Under the pieces are notes generated by a model, which was not told the origin of the DNA, did not search any database, and worked only from the letters and a program-made list of their open reading frames with translations. DNA of 64,000 nucleotides from Nitrososphaerota archaeon (GTDB lineage: Archaea > Thermoproteota > Nitrososphaeria > Nitrososphaerales > Nitrosopumilaceae): the NCBI GenBank assembly GCA_028867755.1, contig JAGWFT010000001.1:804727-868726 (forward strand), in the 5' to 3' direction. The position numbers and the translations under genes were made by a program. Below, in pieces: positions 9,735-19,563 of this stretch. Positions within the stretch are counted from its first letter, which is position 1. Each line of letters begins with the position of its first letter.

Positions 9735-11540
9735 CTAGTCACGCACCATTACTTTAATGTCATCTTTTGACATTACTGCATTAATCATCCTCTTTCCCAA
9801 AGTAGATCTTTTAGCTATGATGATCCTACCTCTTTTTCCTACCCTTGTAGATAACAGGTGTTTGTCTCTGACATAAACATCTGCATTCATGCCAGATTTG
9901 TCTTCATCTACTTCTAATATCAAATTGTTGCCAGATTCTGACATTTCAAACCATTCGTTTCTTCCATCTGATTCTGTTTTTGGTTCTACATCTATGTGTA
10001 TGCCAAGATTTTTTTCAAGCTCATTGATGGTGGAACCTCCTCGACCAATAAGTGATGGTATAGAATCTTTGTCAACTTTAACTCTTATACTATTATTGGA
10101 AAGAATCTCGATTTCTGCATTGGAATCAAATCTCTTAATTACATCTTTTATTTTTGATTCTGCGAGTCTTTCTATTCCTCCACTTTTTGCTTCCTTTGAT
10201 ATTGGTATGACAATGTTTTCCTCTCCATACGTGTAAATCTCATATTCAAGTGTATGGTTTTCAAAATTTCTTACCTCTATAACCGGTCTTGCTAAATCTT
10301 GCTCTGTCATCCCAGTAGGAACTTTAACCTTGAATTCTAACTCATATACTTTTGAGATCTGACCAGCTTTCACATAAACAACTGTATCTAAAATATGGGG
10401 GATCATGCCCAACTCCACTTTTCCTATGAAGCGTTGGATTGCATCAAGAGGCGCATTTGCATGTACAACTCCAACCATGCCAACCCCAGCAAGTCTCAAA
10501 TCAGAAAAGACTCGAAAATCATGATATCTTCTCACCTCATCAAATATTGTGTAGTCTGGTCGCACCAACAGCAATATGTCTGCAGCGTTTTCAAAACTTC
10601 CGTCAAGATGTGTATATTGCGTAATTTTTTCGTCAACCTGAAGATCTCTTGGCGACTCAAATGTCTTTACAATCTTGCCTTTCTTAGAATAAAAATCTGC
10701 AATACTTGACGCTAGTGTGCTCTTGCCAGAACCAGGTGCTCCAGCAACAAGTATTCCTTCTGCACTATCAGTTAATCTCTGCATCAGTTTCTCAGATATG
10801 TTGTATTGTTCAAGTGATAGCTTGACAAGCGGGTGCGTTATTGTAATTTCATAACTGTTAGAAAATGGAAGATGCGTTATTACAACTCTAAAGTCCCGAA
10901 ACTGAACTACCAAAGCACCTGGTTTTGAAATCTCAATAACCCCTGTCCTATTAACTCTGGAAGCTTCTAAGATCTCTGTGGTAATTTCTTCCAAGTATTC
11001 CTTTCCAAGTATTTTATCATCTAGCTCTACTAGGGAGAACACGCCTGGTTTTCCACGTTTGGCAACAGGTTTTGCTCCTTCCTTGAGATGTATACTCATT
11101 GTCTGAGCATCAAAGTATTTTTCAAATTCAAGTCCATCTACCTTGACCTGTGGTTTTGAATAACTGGTCTTCACTCCCTCTGCTTGTGCAACTAAGGCTT
11201 GTACGTAATCTGCTGTATAAAATGTGGCATTGTTCTTTTTTGCAATGTCTTTTATTATGGCATCAATTCTCCCATGTCTTGCTAATTTGATATCATCCAT
11301 GCTTGGGCGTTCCCCCTCAAATCGTAATGCAATATTGTTTTTTTGTACTAACTCACGAATCTTCTTTATTTCTTCCAAGCCAATAAACCCATAATCCTTG
11401 CTTTGTGAAGCTTGCGATTGAAGCTCATCTAAAACTGCAACAGGAATGATTATTTCACAATCTTTAAGGTTTCCAGATTCAATTAGTTTTGTTATTTCTC
11501 CATCTATTATGATACTTGTATCTACAACTATCTTTTCCAT
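9735..11540 (-). CDS. PINc/VapC family ATPase with KH domain (PINA-type Holliday junction branch-migration ATPase)
   Basis: N-terminal PIN (VDTS), Walker A GAPGSGKS, FDEVR, C-terminal KH (LIGRGG). Confidence 0.92.
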   Translation of the reverse strand: MEKIVVDTSIIIDGEITKLIESGNLKDCEIIIPVAVLDELQSQASQSKDYGFIGLEEIKKIRELVQKNNIALRFEGERPSMDDIKLARHGRIDAIIKDIAKKNNATFYTADYVQALVAQAEGVKTSYSKPQVKVDGLEFEKYFDAQTMSIHLKEGAKPVAKRGKPGVFSLVELDDKILGKEYLEEITTEILEASRVNRTGVIEISKPGALVVQFRDFRVVITHLPFSNSYEITITHPLVKLSLEQYNISEKLMQRLTDSAEGILVAGAPGSGKSTLASSIADFYSKKGKIVKTFESPRDLQVDEKITQYTHLDGSFENAADILLLVRPDYTIFDEVRRYHDFRVFSDLRLAGVGMVGVVHANAPLDAIQRFIGKVELGMIPHILDTVVYVKAGQISKVYELEFKVKVPTGMTEQDLARPVIEVRNFENHTLEYEIYTYGEENIVIPISKEAKSGGIERLAESKIKDVIKRFDSNAEIEILSNNSIRVKVDKDSIPSLIGRGGSTINELEKNLGIHIDVEPKTESDGRNEWFEMSESGNNLILEVDEDKSGMNADVYVRDKHLLSTRVGKRGRIIIAKRSTLGKRMINAVMSKDDIKVMVRD

Positions 11541-11587
11541 TATCTAGTCAGGTTATTTCGCACCATTTTAATCATACCTGTATTTTA

Positions 11588-11947
11588 TCACGATACATAT
11601 TCTGATATTTTACGTAATACATCTTCAAAATTGAATGGCTTTAGAATATATGCTACTGCACCAACACTGATACATTCTTTCATTGTGACCTGATTGTCAC
11701 TTGCAGTAATCATAATCACTTTTGCAACAGATTTGTATGCGATTATATCCCTCAATACACTAAGGCCATCCTTTTTTGGCATGGCGACATCTAAAAGTAC
11801 AACATCTGGATTTGTTTTTTTAAATTGCTCAAATGCATCCATGCCATTTGATGCCTCGGCAACTAATTCATGCTTACCTATGACCAAAATGTCCTTTAAC
11901 ACCATTCTTATGGCATCGGAATCATCAGCTATCATTATTCTGGCCAA
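11588..11947 (-). CDS. stand-alone response regulator receiver (CheY-like)
   Basis: IADD, LLDVAMP, ITA, KPF motifs. Confidence 0.95.
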   Translation of the reverse strand: MARIMIADDSDAIRMVLKDILVIGKHELVAEASNGMDAFEQFKKTNPDVVLLDVAMPKKDGLSVLRDIIAYKSVAKVIMITASDNQVTMKECISVGAVAYILKPFNFEDVLRKISEYVS

Positions 11948-11991
11948 TTCTTACATATCACCATGTTTAGTATTTAAGTTCAAAAGGCATT

Positions 11992-12360
11992 CTACGGGTC
12001 TGGTATATGAGGAAATTTGTTGCGAATTTGTTTCTTAAAATCAGATACATCGTAAATATCTGAACCATTAAAAATCTGTTTCATGTCGTTAATTGTTTTA
12101 GTTATGACGGGATGAGATCCAGGTAACAAACCCTTGTTTATCATGTAATTTAATATGGAATCGCTTGTTTTAGCTAATTCGCCAACTTTCTCTTGCCCCA
12201 TCATGGGTGCCAGTCCCTTGATCTTGTGAAGGTGTCGTTCTATGTTTTTAGAATTCTCTAATATGTCTTCATCATTACTGCACTGCAAGACAATTCGTTC
12301 TAATTCATCCAATTCTAACTGTATCTCTTGTCTAGCAGCATCAAGAAACTTGTCGGACAT
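11992..12360 (-). CDS. Hpt (CheA P1-like) phosphotransfer protein
   Basis: HLHKIKGLAPMMG motif. Confidence 0.85.
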   Translation of the reverse strand: MSDKFLDAARQEIQLELDELERIVLQCSNDEDILENSKNIERHLHKIKGLAPMMGQEKVGELAKTSDSILNYMINKGLLPGSHPVITKTINDMKQIFNGSDIYDVSDFKKQIRNKFPHIPDP

Positions 12361-12426
12361 TTTAACTAGTTACCAGATCTTCTTCATACAAGCTTTTATA
12401 GGCTTGCCTATTGTTTTCTTATCAAA

Positions 12427-14301
12427 TTGAAGATTACTCAGAAAACCTATCTGTTACTTGGAGTAATAATTGGAATTTCCGCCGTTAACCTGTTCTTGCT
12501 TCTCTCAATCTCTCAGGAGAACTTGGATGTACTTCATTCAATTAGTGCTGCAAGTAATCTGAAGGTTATAGTTGAAAGGATAGCAGGTACTGCTAATTCT
12601 ATTGCAAGTGGCAACGAGTTTGATAGACAAACATTGGCGGATGAAATTAGTAATTTTGATCAAACTTATGCAATTCTAGGATCTGGAGGACAATCCCAAG
12701 GTGTCACAATAGTTCCTGCACCATCTGAATTGCAACCAGTCTATAGTCAAATCGGAAGTTCTTGGCAAGACTATAAACAATCTGCCGAAAAAATTCGCCA
12801 AGAATCCGTCTTTGATCCAAAAGTTGAAGAGGCATTAACATACGTTCTGGGTAAAAATGGAGATCTGACTTCATTAACAAATGGGGTTGTAAATGATCTA
12901 ACTCCATTAGACAGGAATTACAATAAACACAAGATGATTGCAACAGAAATGGTATCTATTGCACAAGACATAGGACAAAAGACATTATTGGTTTCAATTG
13001 GTGAAGGAGGTAATGCTACCCAAGCTATAGAAAAAGACACAGTAACATTTGACGGAGATCTAAAGAATCTAGAAGGAATTCCTTTGGACAGCCCTGATTA
13101 CGCAAAATACGGCATAACCCAAGAAAACTTACAGCCTATCCCAAGAGAAAATTCTAGTTCCTTGAGAGACCTTGATCCGCTATGGCAAGCAGAACAAGCT
13201 AAACTATTGTTTATTGAAAATAACACGTTAATTTCAAAAGAATTCGGTTCTGCACTCTCGCATCTTGATACTCAACGAGGAGTATTGCTTGATAATACTT
13301 CACAGTTTGTAGACAAATGGAACCAACTTGTTGATTCGGAATTGAACCATAATGTCATAATAGTTCAAGGTTTACTGATTGTAGATATCGCAGCGTTTGT
13401 AACTGTAATGTTCTCAATCAGAAAATCACTTAGTCCTCTACACATACTTACAAATGCCATTGCAAGAGTGAGAGAAGGCTTCTATGATGAAAAAATTGAT
13501 TATACTTCTAATGATGAAATAGGTGAGCTTGCTGGGGCATTCAATTCAATGTCCAGCGCAATTCTAAAGAAAGAAGAAGAAGCTAGGAAGATTGAGGTCG
13601 CAAAAGATGAGTTTCTTGCCATGATAACACACGAATTGAAAACCCCACTAGTTCCAATACAAGGATATTCTGACATATTGTTAGGTGAACATCTAGGGCC
13701 ACTAAGTAAAAATCAGAAAGATAGGTTGGAAGTAATTCGATCAAGTGCCGTATCTCTTTTACAATTAATATCTGATCTACTTGATGCACAAAAGTTAGAG
13801 TTAGGCCAACTTAGGATCAAAAAATCAAATCATAATATAAAAGAAACAATTGAAAATACGATAGTTGTCATGAAACCACAAGCACTTGCAGATAAAATAC
13901 AATTAACACATAATCTGAACAGAGATATGTATGCTAATTATGATGATGAAAGAATAATACAGGTTCTCACAAACCTAATTAAAAACAGCTTAAAGGCAAC
14001 CTCGCCTACAACTGGAAAAGTTGAAGTATTGGTTGAAGAAAATTCGAAAGAAATCACAGTGTCAGTAAAAGATAATGGAAGGGGAATCCCAGCAGATGCA
14101 ATTGATAAAGTTTTCAAGAAATTCTATCAAGTGGATACTTCTTCTACTAGGGAATCTGGTGGAAGTGGGTTGGGTCTTTCAATATGCAAAGGAATTGTGG
14201 AAGCCCACGGTGGGAGAATCTGGGTACAAAGCGAAGTAAACAAGGGCTCTGTATTCTCACTGACAATACCAAGAGAAGAATCCTCAAAAACTCCGGTATA
14301 A
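12427..14301 (+). CDS. membrane sensor histidine kinase (two TM, large extracellular sensor, HAMP, HisKA, HATPase_c)
   Basis: DEIGELAGAFN, THELKTPL, QVLTNLIKNS, DNGRGI, GSGLGLSI. Confidence 0.95.
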   Translation: MKITQKTYLLLGVIIGISAVNLFLLLSISQENLDVLHSISAASNLKVIVERIAGTANSIASGNEFDRQTLADEISNFDQTYAILGSGGQSQGVTIVPAPSELQPVYSQIGSSWQDYKQSAEKIRQESVFDPKVEEALTYVLGKNGDLTSLTNGVVNDLTPLDRNYNKHKMIATEMVSIAQDIGQKTLLVSIGEGGNATQAIEKDTVTFDGDLKNLEGIPLDSPDYAKYGITQENLQPIPRENSSSLRDLDPLWQAEQAKLLFIENNTLISKEFGSALSHLDTQRGVLLDNTSQFVDKWNQLVDSELNHNVIIVQGLLIVDIAAFVTVMFSIRKSLSPLHILTNAIARVREGFYDEKIDYTSNDEIGELAGAFNSMSSAILKKEEEARKIEVAKDEFLAMITHELKTPLVPIQGYSDILLGEHLGPLSKNQKDRLEVIRSSAVSLLQLISDLLDAQKLELGQLRIKKSNHNIKETIENTIVVMKPQALADKIQLTHNLNRDMYANYDDERIIQVLTNLIKNSLKATSPTTGKVEVLVEENSKEITVSVKDNGRGIPADAIDKVFKKFYQVDTSSTRESGGSGLGLSICKGIVEAHGGRIWVQSEVNKGSVFSLTIPREESSKTPV

Positions 14302-14311
14302 GATAAAATAG

Positions 14312-15742
14312 TTGCAATATATTCTTCAATCGTTGTTACAAGATTTTGCAGATAAAGCAGTTCAAATTGCACTCCAAAATGGGGTAAAATATTGTGATGT
14401 TAGGGCAGAGATTGTTAAAAGTAATGGCTTTCTGCTTGAAAACGGCCAGATTGAGCATTTTTCATCTAAATTTGAGAATGGATTAGGAATACGTGTACTT
14501 GCAGACGGTGCATGGGGATTCTACTCCATGTCTAATCCAAGATCAATGGATAAGCTAAAAGAAGGAATATCCGGTGCAATAAAAAATGCATTTTATTATG
14601 CTCAAACAAAGAAACAAAAAGTAAAGTTAGCAGAAACTCGTACTTATGTGGATACCACAGATTGTAGTGTGATTGAAAAGCCTACTATAGAAGAGATGAC
14701 AAAATTAGCAATTGAATGTGATACAACAATCCGAAAAAGAAAAAGAATAATCAAGTCATCTATTCACATGCATCATGATGAATCTTGCAAATATTTTGTA
14801 AACAGTGATGGAGCAAAAATAGTTCAAAATCATGATGATATTATAGCTCATCTATCTGCCACGGCATATGAATCTGGCCTCTCAGAAACTGTAAGTACAA
14901 CTGAGGGCGGTCGTGGTGGAATGGAAATGATTACAAAAAAAAATAATGTTTTGAGCGTAGCAGGTGACATATCTGAAAATGCTGACAAACTAATAGATGC
15001 AAAGCCTGCAAAAGAAGAAAAAACCACTGTTGTGATGGATCCTGATTTTGTTGCATTATTGACCCATGAAATTTTAGGCCATCCTTCTGAAGCTGATAGA
15101 GTACTCGGAAAAGAAATGGCATGGGCTGGAGGCGCATGGTGGTCTGGTAAACTTGGAACAAAAATCGGGTCAGCTGAACTTAATGTAATTGATGATCCTA
15201 TGATTCCATCTAGCTTGGGGTGGTACAAGTATGATGATGAAGGCGTAATTTCATCTAGAAAATCGCTAATAACAGATGGTGTACTTGTTGGGCACATGCA
15301 GAGTAGAGAAACTGCCTGTATCTTTGATACCGAGCCTAATTCTGCAATGAGATCAACCGGATATTCATTTATGCCATTGATCAGGATGGCATGTACTTGC
15401 ATTAGCCCAGGAAATTGGGATCCAGATGAGATGATACATGATGTAAAATCTGGATATGTAATTTGTGGCATGAAGGTGCCATCTATAGATATGATGAGAT
15501 ATAATTGGAGCATCTCGTGCCAGTATGCCCAAAAAATTGAGAATGGTGAACGTACAGAATTACTAAGAGATGTTATTGTTATGGGAAATGCTCCCGAATT
15601 TTTTAATTCAATTGATGCAAGAGGAAACGATTTCACTATAAGACCTATAACAAATTGTGGCAAGGGAGATCCAATGCAGATAATGAGAATGGGAAATGGT
15701 GGTCCTCACATTCGTGGAGTGGCTACTGTAAAGAGTGTATAG
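14312..15742 (+). CDS. tldD: TldD/PmbA family metalloprotease
   Basis: GLGIRVLADGAWGF, HEILGHPSEADR, CGKGDP motifs. Confidence 0.92.
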   Translation: MQYILQSLLQDFADKAVQIALQNGVKYCDVRAEIVKSNGFLLENGQIEHFSSKFENGLGIRVLADGAWGFYSMSNPRSMDKLKEGISGAIKNAFYYAQTKKQKVKLAETRTYVDTTDCSVIEKPTIEEMTKLAIECDTTIRKRKRIIKSSIHMHHDESCKYFVNSDGAKIVQNHDDIIAHLSATAYESGLSETVSTTEGGRGGMEMITKKNNVLSVAGDISENADKLIDAKPAKEEKTTVVMDPDFVALLTHEILGHPSEADRVLGKEMAWAGGAWWSGKLGTKIGSAELNVIDDPMIPSSLGWYKYDDEGVISSRKSLITDGVLVGHMQSRETACIFDTEPNSAMRSTGYSFMPLIRMACTCISPGNWDPDEMIHDVKSGYVICGMKVPSIDMMRYNWSISCQYAQKIENGERTELLRDVIVMGNAPEFFNSIDARGNDFTIRPITNCGKGDPMQIMRMGNGGPHIRGVATVKSV

Positions 15743-15751
15743 GAATCTAAA

Positions 15752-16333
15752 ATGTCAAGTGATCTTGATGCTCTAAGAAAAACTGTCATTTCATGTATTA
15801 AATGTGAACTGTCAAAATCAAGAATAAATGCGGTGCCAGGTCATGGAAGTGCAAAAACTGAGGTAATCTTCATTGGCGAAGCTCCAGGTAGAAATGAAGA
15901 TCTTCAAGGTGTACCATTTGTAGGTACTGCAGGCAAGATACTTTCAGAAGCATTAGCATATGCAGGATTTACGCGTGAGGATGTTTACATTACAAATGTT
16001 GTGAAATGTAGGCCACCCAATAACCGAAGACCAAATACACAAGAGCTAGATTCATGTAGGAACTATTTACAAAAAGAACTTGATATCATTAGACCAAAAA
16101 TTATTTGTATACTGGGAAATACTGCTTTTGGGTCATTATTAAACGGAAATGCAATAACCAAGAACAGGGGGAAAATAATCCAAAGAGATGGCCAACTATA
16201 TTTTGTTACGATACATCCAGCAGCTGTGATATATAATCAAGAATTACGCCAAGTCCTAAAAGACGACTTGAAGATGCTATTTGATGTTCTTGACAAGATA
16301 AAAAAGGGAATTGCAATAGAAATTAACGAATGA
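15752..16333 (+). CDS. udg: uracil-DNA glycosylase, family 4 (Fe-S)
   Basis: CIKCEL, GEAPG, NVVKCRPPNNR, HPAA. Confidence 0.95.
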   Translation: MSSDLDALRKTVISCIKCELSKSRINAVPGHGSAKTEVIFIGEAPGRNEDLQGVPFVGTAGKILSEALAYAGFTREDVYITNVVKCRPPNNRRPNTQELDSCRNYLQKELDIIRPKIICILGNTAFGSLLNGNAITKNRGKIIQRDGQLYFVTIHPAAVIYNQELRQVLKDDLKMLFDVLDKIKKGIAIEINE

Positions 16334-16911
16334 AAATAATCCCGCGCTCATTTTATAATCAAGATACCGTTGATGTGGCCAAGAATCTTCTTGGTAAAGT
16401 ACTAGTTAGAAAGATTAATGGTATGACAATTTCAGGAATCATTTCTGAAACTGAAGCTTATCGATACAAAGATGATCCTGCCAGCCATTCATTTGGAGGC
16501 ATAACGGAAAGAAACAAAGCAATGTTTGGTGAGGTAGGAAGAGCCTATGTGTATTTTACATATGGGATGCATTATTGTGTAAATGCTGTTGCAAAAGATG
16601 AGAAACATGACGCAGGGGCAGTATTGATAAGATCTCTTATTCCAAAGAACGGACTTGAGTTTATGATAAAACAACGCAAAACAAACATTGTGGAAAATCT
16701 TACAAATGGGCCTGCGAAGCTAACCAAGTCTCTTAAAATAACGAAAAAACAATATGGTGAGGATCTAACAAAAACCTCAAGACTGTATGTTGTTGATGGC
16801 GTGAATGTAAAAAGTTACATAATTGTATCAAAACCAAGAATTGGAATTAAAAAAGCAGTAGATTATTTGTGGAATTTTAGTGTACCAAAAAGCTATTTTA
16901 TGAATTATTGA
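16330..16911 (+). CDS. mpg: DNA-3-methyladenine glycosylase (AAG/MPG type)
   Basis: ETEAY, YVYFTYGMHYC, AVLIR, NGPAKL, RIGI. Confidence 0.93.
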   Translation: MKIIPRSFYNQDTVDVAKNLLGKVLVRKINGMTISGIISETEAYRYKDDPASHSFGGITERNKAMFGEVGRAYVYFTYGMHYCVNAVAKDEKHDAGAVLIRSLIPKNGLEFMIKQRKTNIVENLTNGPAKLTKSLKITKKQYGEDLTKTSRLYVVDGVNVKSYIIVSKPRIGIKKAVDYLWNFSVPKSYFMNY

Positions 16912-18140
16912 GATGACGGTGTCGGCCTGACTTCCAAAGTAGCAATAAGGTCAAGCGACTTTCCTAGCCTATTGACTGTTATGGTTACCTTGTCACCTAC
17001 AGATTTTTCATCATCCAAATATGCAATTACATCATCAATCGTCTTTATTGGATGACCATCTATTGCAGTTATGATATCTCCTCCATGAGGAATGCTGTTA
17101 TTATCAAGAGTTGCCGCTATCACTCCAGCTTTTTCAGCTGGGCCTCCTTCGACAACTTTCTCAACTATTACACCTTTGAAGTTTCGTGATAACCCGTTAG
17201 CTAGTGAAACGTCTGGATCCATTGTTCTGCCTGCTATTCCAAGATATGGATGTTGATACACTCCATTTTTAATCAAGGCGGGAACTATTCTTTTGATAGT
17301 ATCAGAAGGAATAGCAAATCCTATCCCGGAAAAATCTCCAGTGTTTGTTTTAATTGCTGTATTCATTCCAACTACTTCATTCTGCAAGTTTAGCAGAGGG
17401 CCTCCCGAATTTCCGGGATTGATAGCTGCATCAACTTGTATTATATCAGGTATTGAGTAACCTGCATTATCGTTAGGTAACAAACGTCCTACTGCACTAA
17501 TTATACCAGTAGTCATGGTGTCACTGAGACCAAACGGATTACCTATTGCAATTACTTGTTGACCTGCCTGAAGTTCTGATGAGTTTCCTATAGTAACAGG
17601 AATCAAGTTTTCATCTGAAAAATTATCTATAATTTGTATTACTGCAATATCATTATCTGGATCAGTTCCCACTACCTTTGCAGTGTATGTATTTCCATCA
17701 ATGAATGTGACATTTACTGTACTTGAGCCCTCTACTACGTGATTGTTTGTTATTATGCGTCCTTCTTTATCATAAACAAAACCCGATCCCAGTCTTGTTG
17801 ATTGGCTCGAGAGTGGCTGTCCGTTTATGATTATAGTGTTGTCAATTGTAGAGACTTTGCTAGTTATCTGAACTACTGAATCCTGTGTTTTCTTAAACAG
17901 GTCTGTCAGAGTTGAATCCTGTGAAAAAATTCCTGTACTGCCAGCTGCTCCTGTAGATCCAGGCGGACCTTGAGGGCCAGGTAAACCTTGAGGGCCAGGT
18001 GGTCCAGGCGGACCTGGTGGTCCTTGTACAGTTGCCTGAGACAAATCTCCTGAAAAATGACCACCATTAGTATATTGTATAATAACCGTAGCCAAAAGAG
18101 CAACAATTATCCCAACTAGTATGATCTCTAACTTTTTCAT
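16905..18140 (-). CDS. htrA: membrane-anchored HtrA/DegP-like serine protease with PDZ domain and a short collagen-like stalk
   Basis: N-terminal TM, ten Gly-X-Y triplets, TNNHVV, DIAVI, GNSGGPL, PDZ (YLGI). Confidence 0.93.
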   Translation of the reverse strand: MKKLEIILVGIIVALLATVIIQYTNGGHFSGDLSQATVQGPPGPPGPPGPQGLPGPQGPPGSTGAAGSTGIFSQDSTLTDLFKKTQDSVVQITSKVSTIDNTIIINGQPLSSQSTRLGSGFVYDKEGRIITNNHVVEGSSTVNVTFIDGNTYTAKVVGTDPDNDIAVIQIIDNFSDENLIPVTIGNSSELQAGQQVIAIGNPFGLSDTMTTGIISAVGRLLPNDNAGYSIPDIIQVDAAINPGNSGGPLLNLQNEVVGMNTAIKTNTGDFSGIGFAIPSDTIKRIVPALIKNGVYQHPYLGIAGRTMDPDVSLANGLSRNFKGVIVEKVVEGGPAEKAGVIAATLDNNSIPHGGDIITAIDGHPIKTIDDVIAYLDDEKSVGDKVTITVNRLGKSLDLIATLEVRPTPSSQ

Positions 18141-18236
18141 AATATGCTGTTTGAAAAATAGGACAAACCAGAATAATATTCTTTACGAAGCTTTGTTAAT
18201 CTTAACATAAATATACGCACTAAACAGTTAACCCCT

Positions 18237-18731
18237 GTGAGAAAGAAACAAAAAAACAAGGCAAAAACTCTATCGATTTCTCGCGGGACTATTATCTTTA
18301 TAGCGATTATAGTAGTAGCTGCAGGTGGAGGAATTTACTATCTCCTTAACACTTCAACACCAGTTAATGAAAAATATCCAGTATTTGCAACTCCAAGTCA
18401 TATCTACATTGTGGGAGTTCACGATCCGACTCAGGGATACGTATATGAACAAGAGTCCACGCGTCAAGCAAGAAAGGCAGTATCTGGTGGAGTTGCAGAT
18501 GCTGCAATTCATATACCTAGGGGCACGTTAGTTGCACTCCATTTCATAAATGAAGATAAGGATACTGGTGCTTCTATGGACCTCAACATCGACAACTTTA
18601 ACGTACATACAAGCAAACTGAATTATTTCCAAGCACAAACCGTAACATTTCTTGCTGATAAAGAAGGAACATACTCATACTATTCGAACTTGCATCCAGA
18701 AATGAAAGGCTCCATAACGGTGGATCCATAA
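18237..18731 (+). CDS. membrane-anchored cupredoxin-fold protein with non-canonical ligands
   Basis: TM followed by TFLADKEGTYSYYSNLHPEMKGSITV, a cupredoxin C-terminus lacking the Cys. Confidence 0.8.
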   Translation: MRKKQKNKAKTLSISRGTIIFIAIIVVAAGGGIYYLLNTSTPVNEKYPVFATPSHIYIVGVHDPTQGYVYEQESTRQARKAVSGGVADAAIHIPRGTLVALHFINEDKDTGASMDLNIDNFNVHTSKLNYFQAQTVTFLADKEGTYSYYSNLHPEMKGSITVDP

Positions 18732-18788
18732 TGATATTGAAGATGTTTTTAAAAAAACATTCATCATGTGAAGAGGGGATGATAGATT

Positions 18789-19175
18789 TTGATGGATGAT
18801 AAAGAACGTCCTTTTTCTCGAACAGATGTTCTTAACTTGATGGATAGTTTCATTGAAAGAATATTTGAAATTAGAAGAGTACTCCTAAGTGTTTCTGTCT
18901 CTGCATTAATACTTGCACCACTTGCAACAGGCCTCTCTATCTTTCTTTTAACACACCCGCGTTTTTACAGCGTTCTTGAAAGAGAACATGAATTTGGTAC
19001 AGTCTTGGGAATCCTGTTAGGTGTTATCATATCTGTTTCAGTCGTATGGATAGCAACAGGAATACGACAATATGTAACTCTGAAATCTTGGGATCAAAGA
19101 TACAAGGAATATCTAAGACAAAAAGACGAGATAGATAAGAGAATTGCATCTGATTACGGACTAGAACAAGATTAG
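18789..19175 (+). CDS. hypothetical membrane protein (2 TM)
   Basis: Two hydrophobic helices and a charged C-terminal helix. Confidence 0.75.
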   Translation: MMDDKERPFSRTDVLNLMDSFIERIFEIRRVLLSVSVSALILAPLATGLSIFLLTHPRFYSVLEREHEFGTVLGILLGVIISVSVVWIATGIRQYVTLKSWDQRYKEYLRQKDEIDKRIASDYGLEQD

Positions 19176-19184
19176 GTATTATTT

Positions 19185-19493
19185 TCAGTACCCTTCTGGT
19201 ACCTTTTTTTTACGAGGGAATATGTTTTCATATGGTTCCAAGATAGTTCTACAAAATTCTATTCCCTTTGAAGCAGGCTTGTAAATTGTGACGATTCTCT
19301 TTCCTAATTGTTTTTCTATTCTTGTTATCAACTCATTTGATTCAAGCTCGTCAAGTATGGGTTTGTGTTTTTTGAGATTTAAACCACAAAAGCTAACCAA
19401 AGCTGTTTGATTTAATTCCCCGTATTGCACAAGCATCAAAATTATGTCTTTTATAATGTAAATTCTATCACGATATGTGCTTGAGCCAGACAT
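19185..19493 (-). CDS. winged-helix DNA-binding protein (archaeal HTH)
   Basis: YRDRIYIIKDII...LNQTALVSFCGLN...LDELESNELI pattern. Confidence 0.8.
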   Translation of the reverse strand: MSGSSTYRDRIYIIKDIILMLVQYGELNQTALVSFCGLNLKKHKPILDELESNELITRIEKQLGKRIVTIYKPASKGIEFCRTILEPYENIFPRKKKVPEGY

Positions 19494-19563
19494 TTGTCAA
19501 GTCTCACTTATGATTGCTAAATATAATCTCTGATTGTTACCGCCACTCGTCTCATTTTGTCTT

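Noticed and set aside
14848-15663. 271-aa minus-strand ORF and the many other short ORFs nested in housekeeping genes
   Set aside because: Antisense or alternative-frame to genes with clear motifs, with no motifs of their own.
16330-16333. Overlap of the two DNA glycosylase genes as a novel repair system
   Set aside because: Ordinary base-excision-repair genes; overlapping stop/start is common here.
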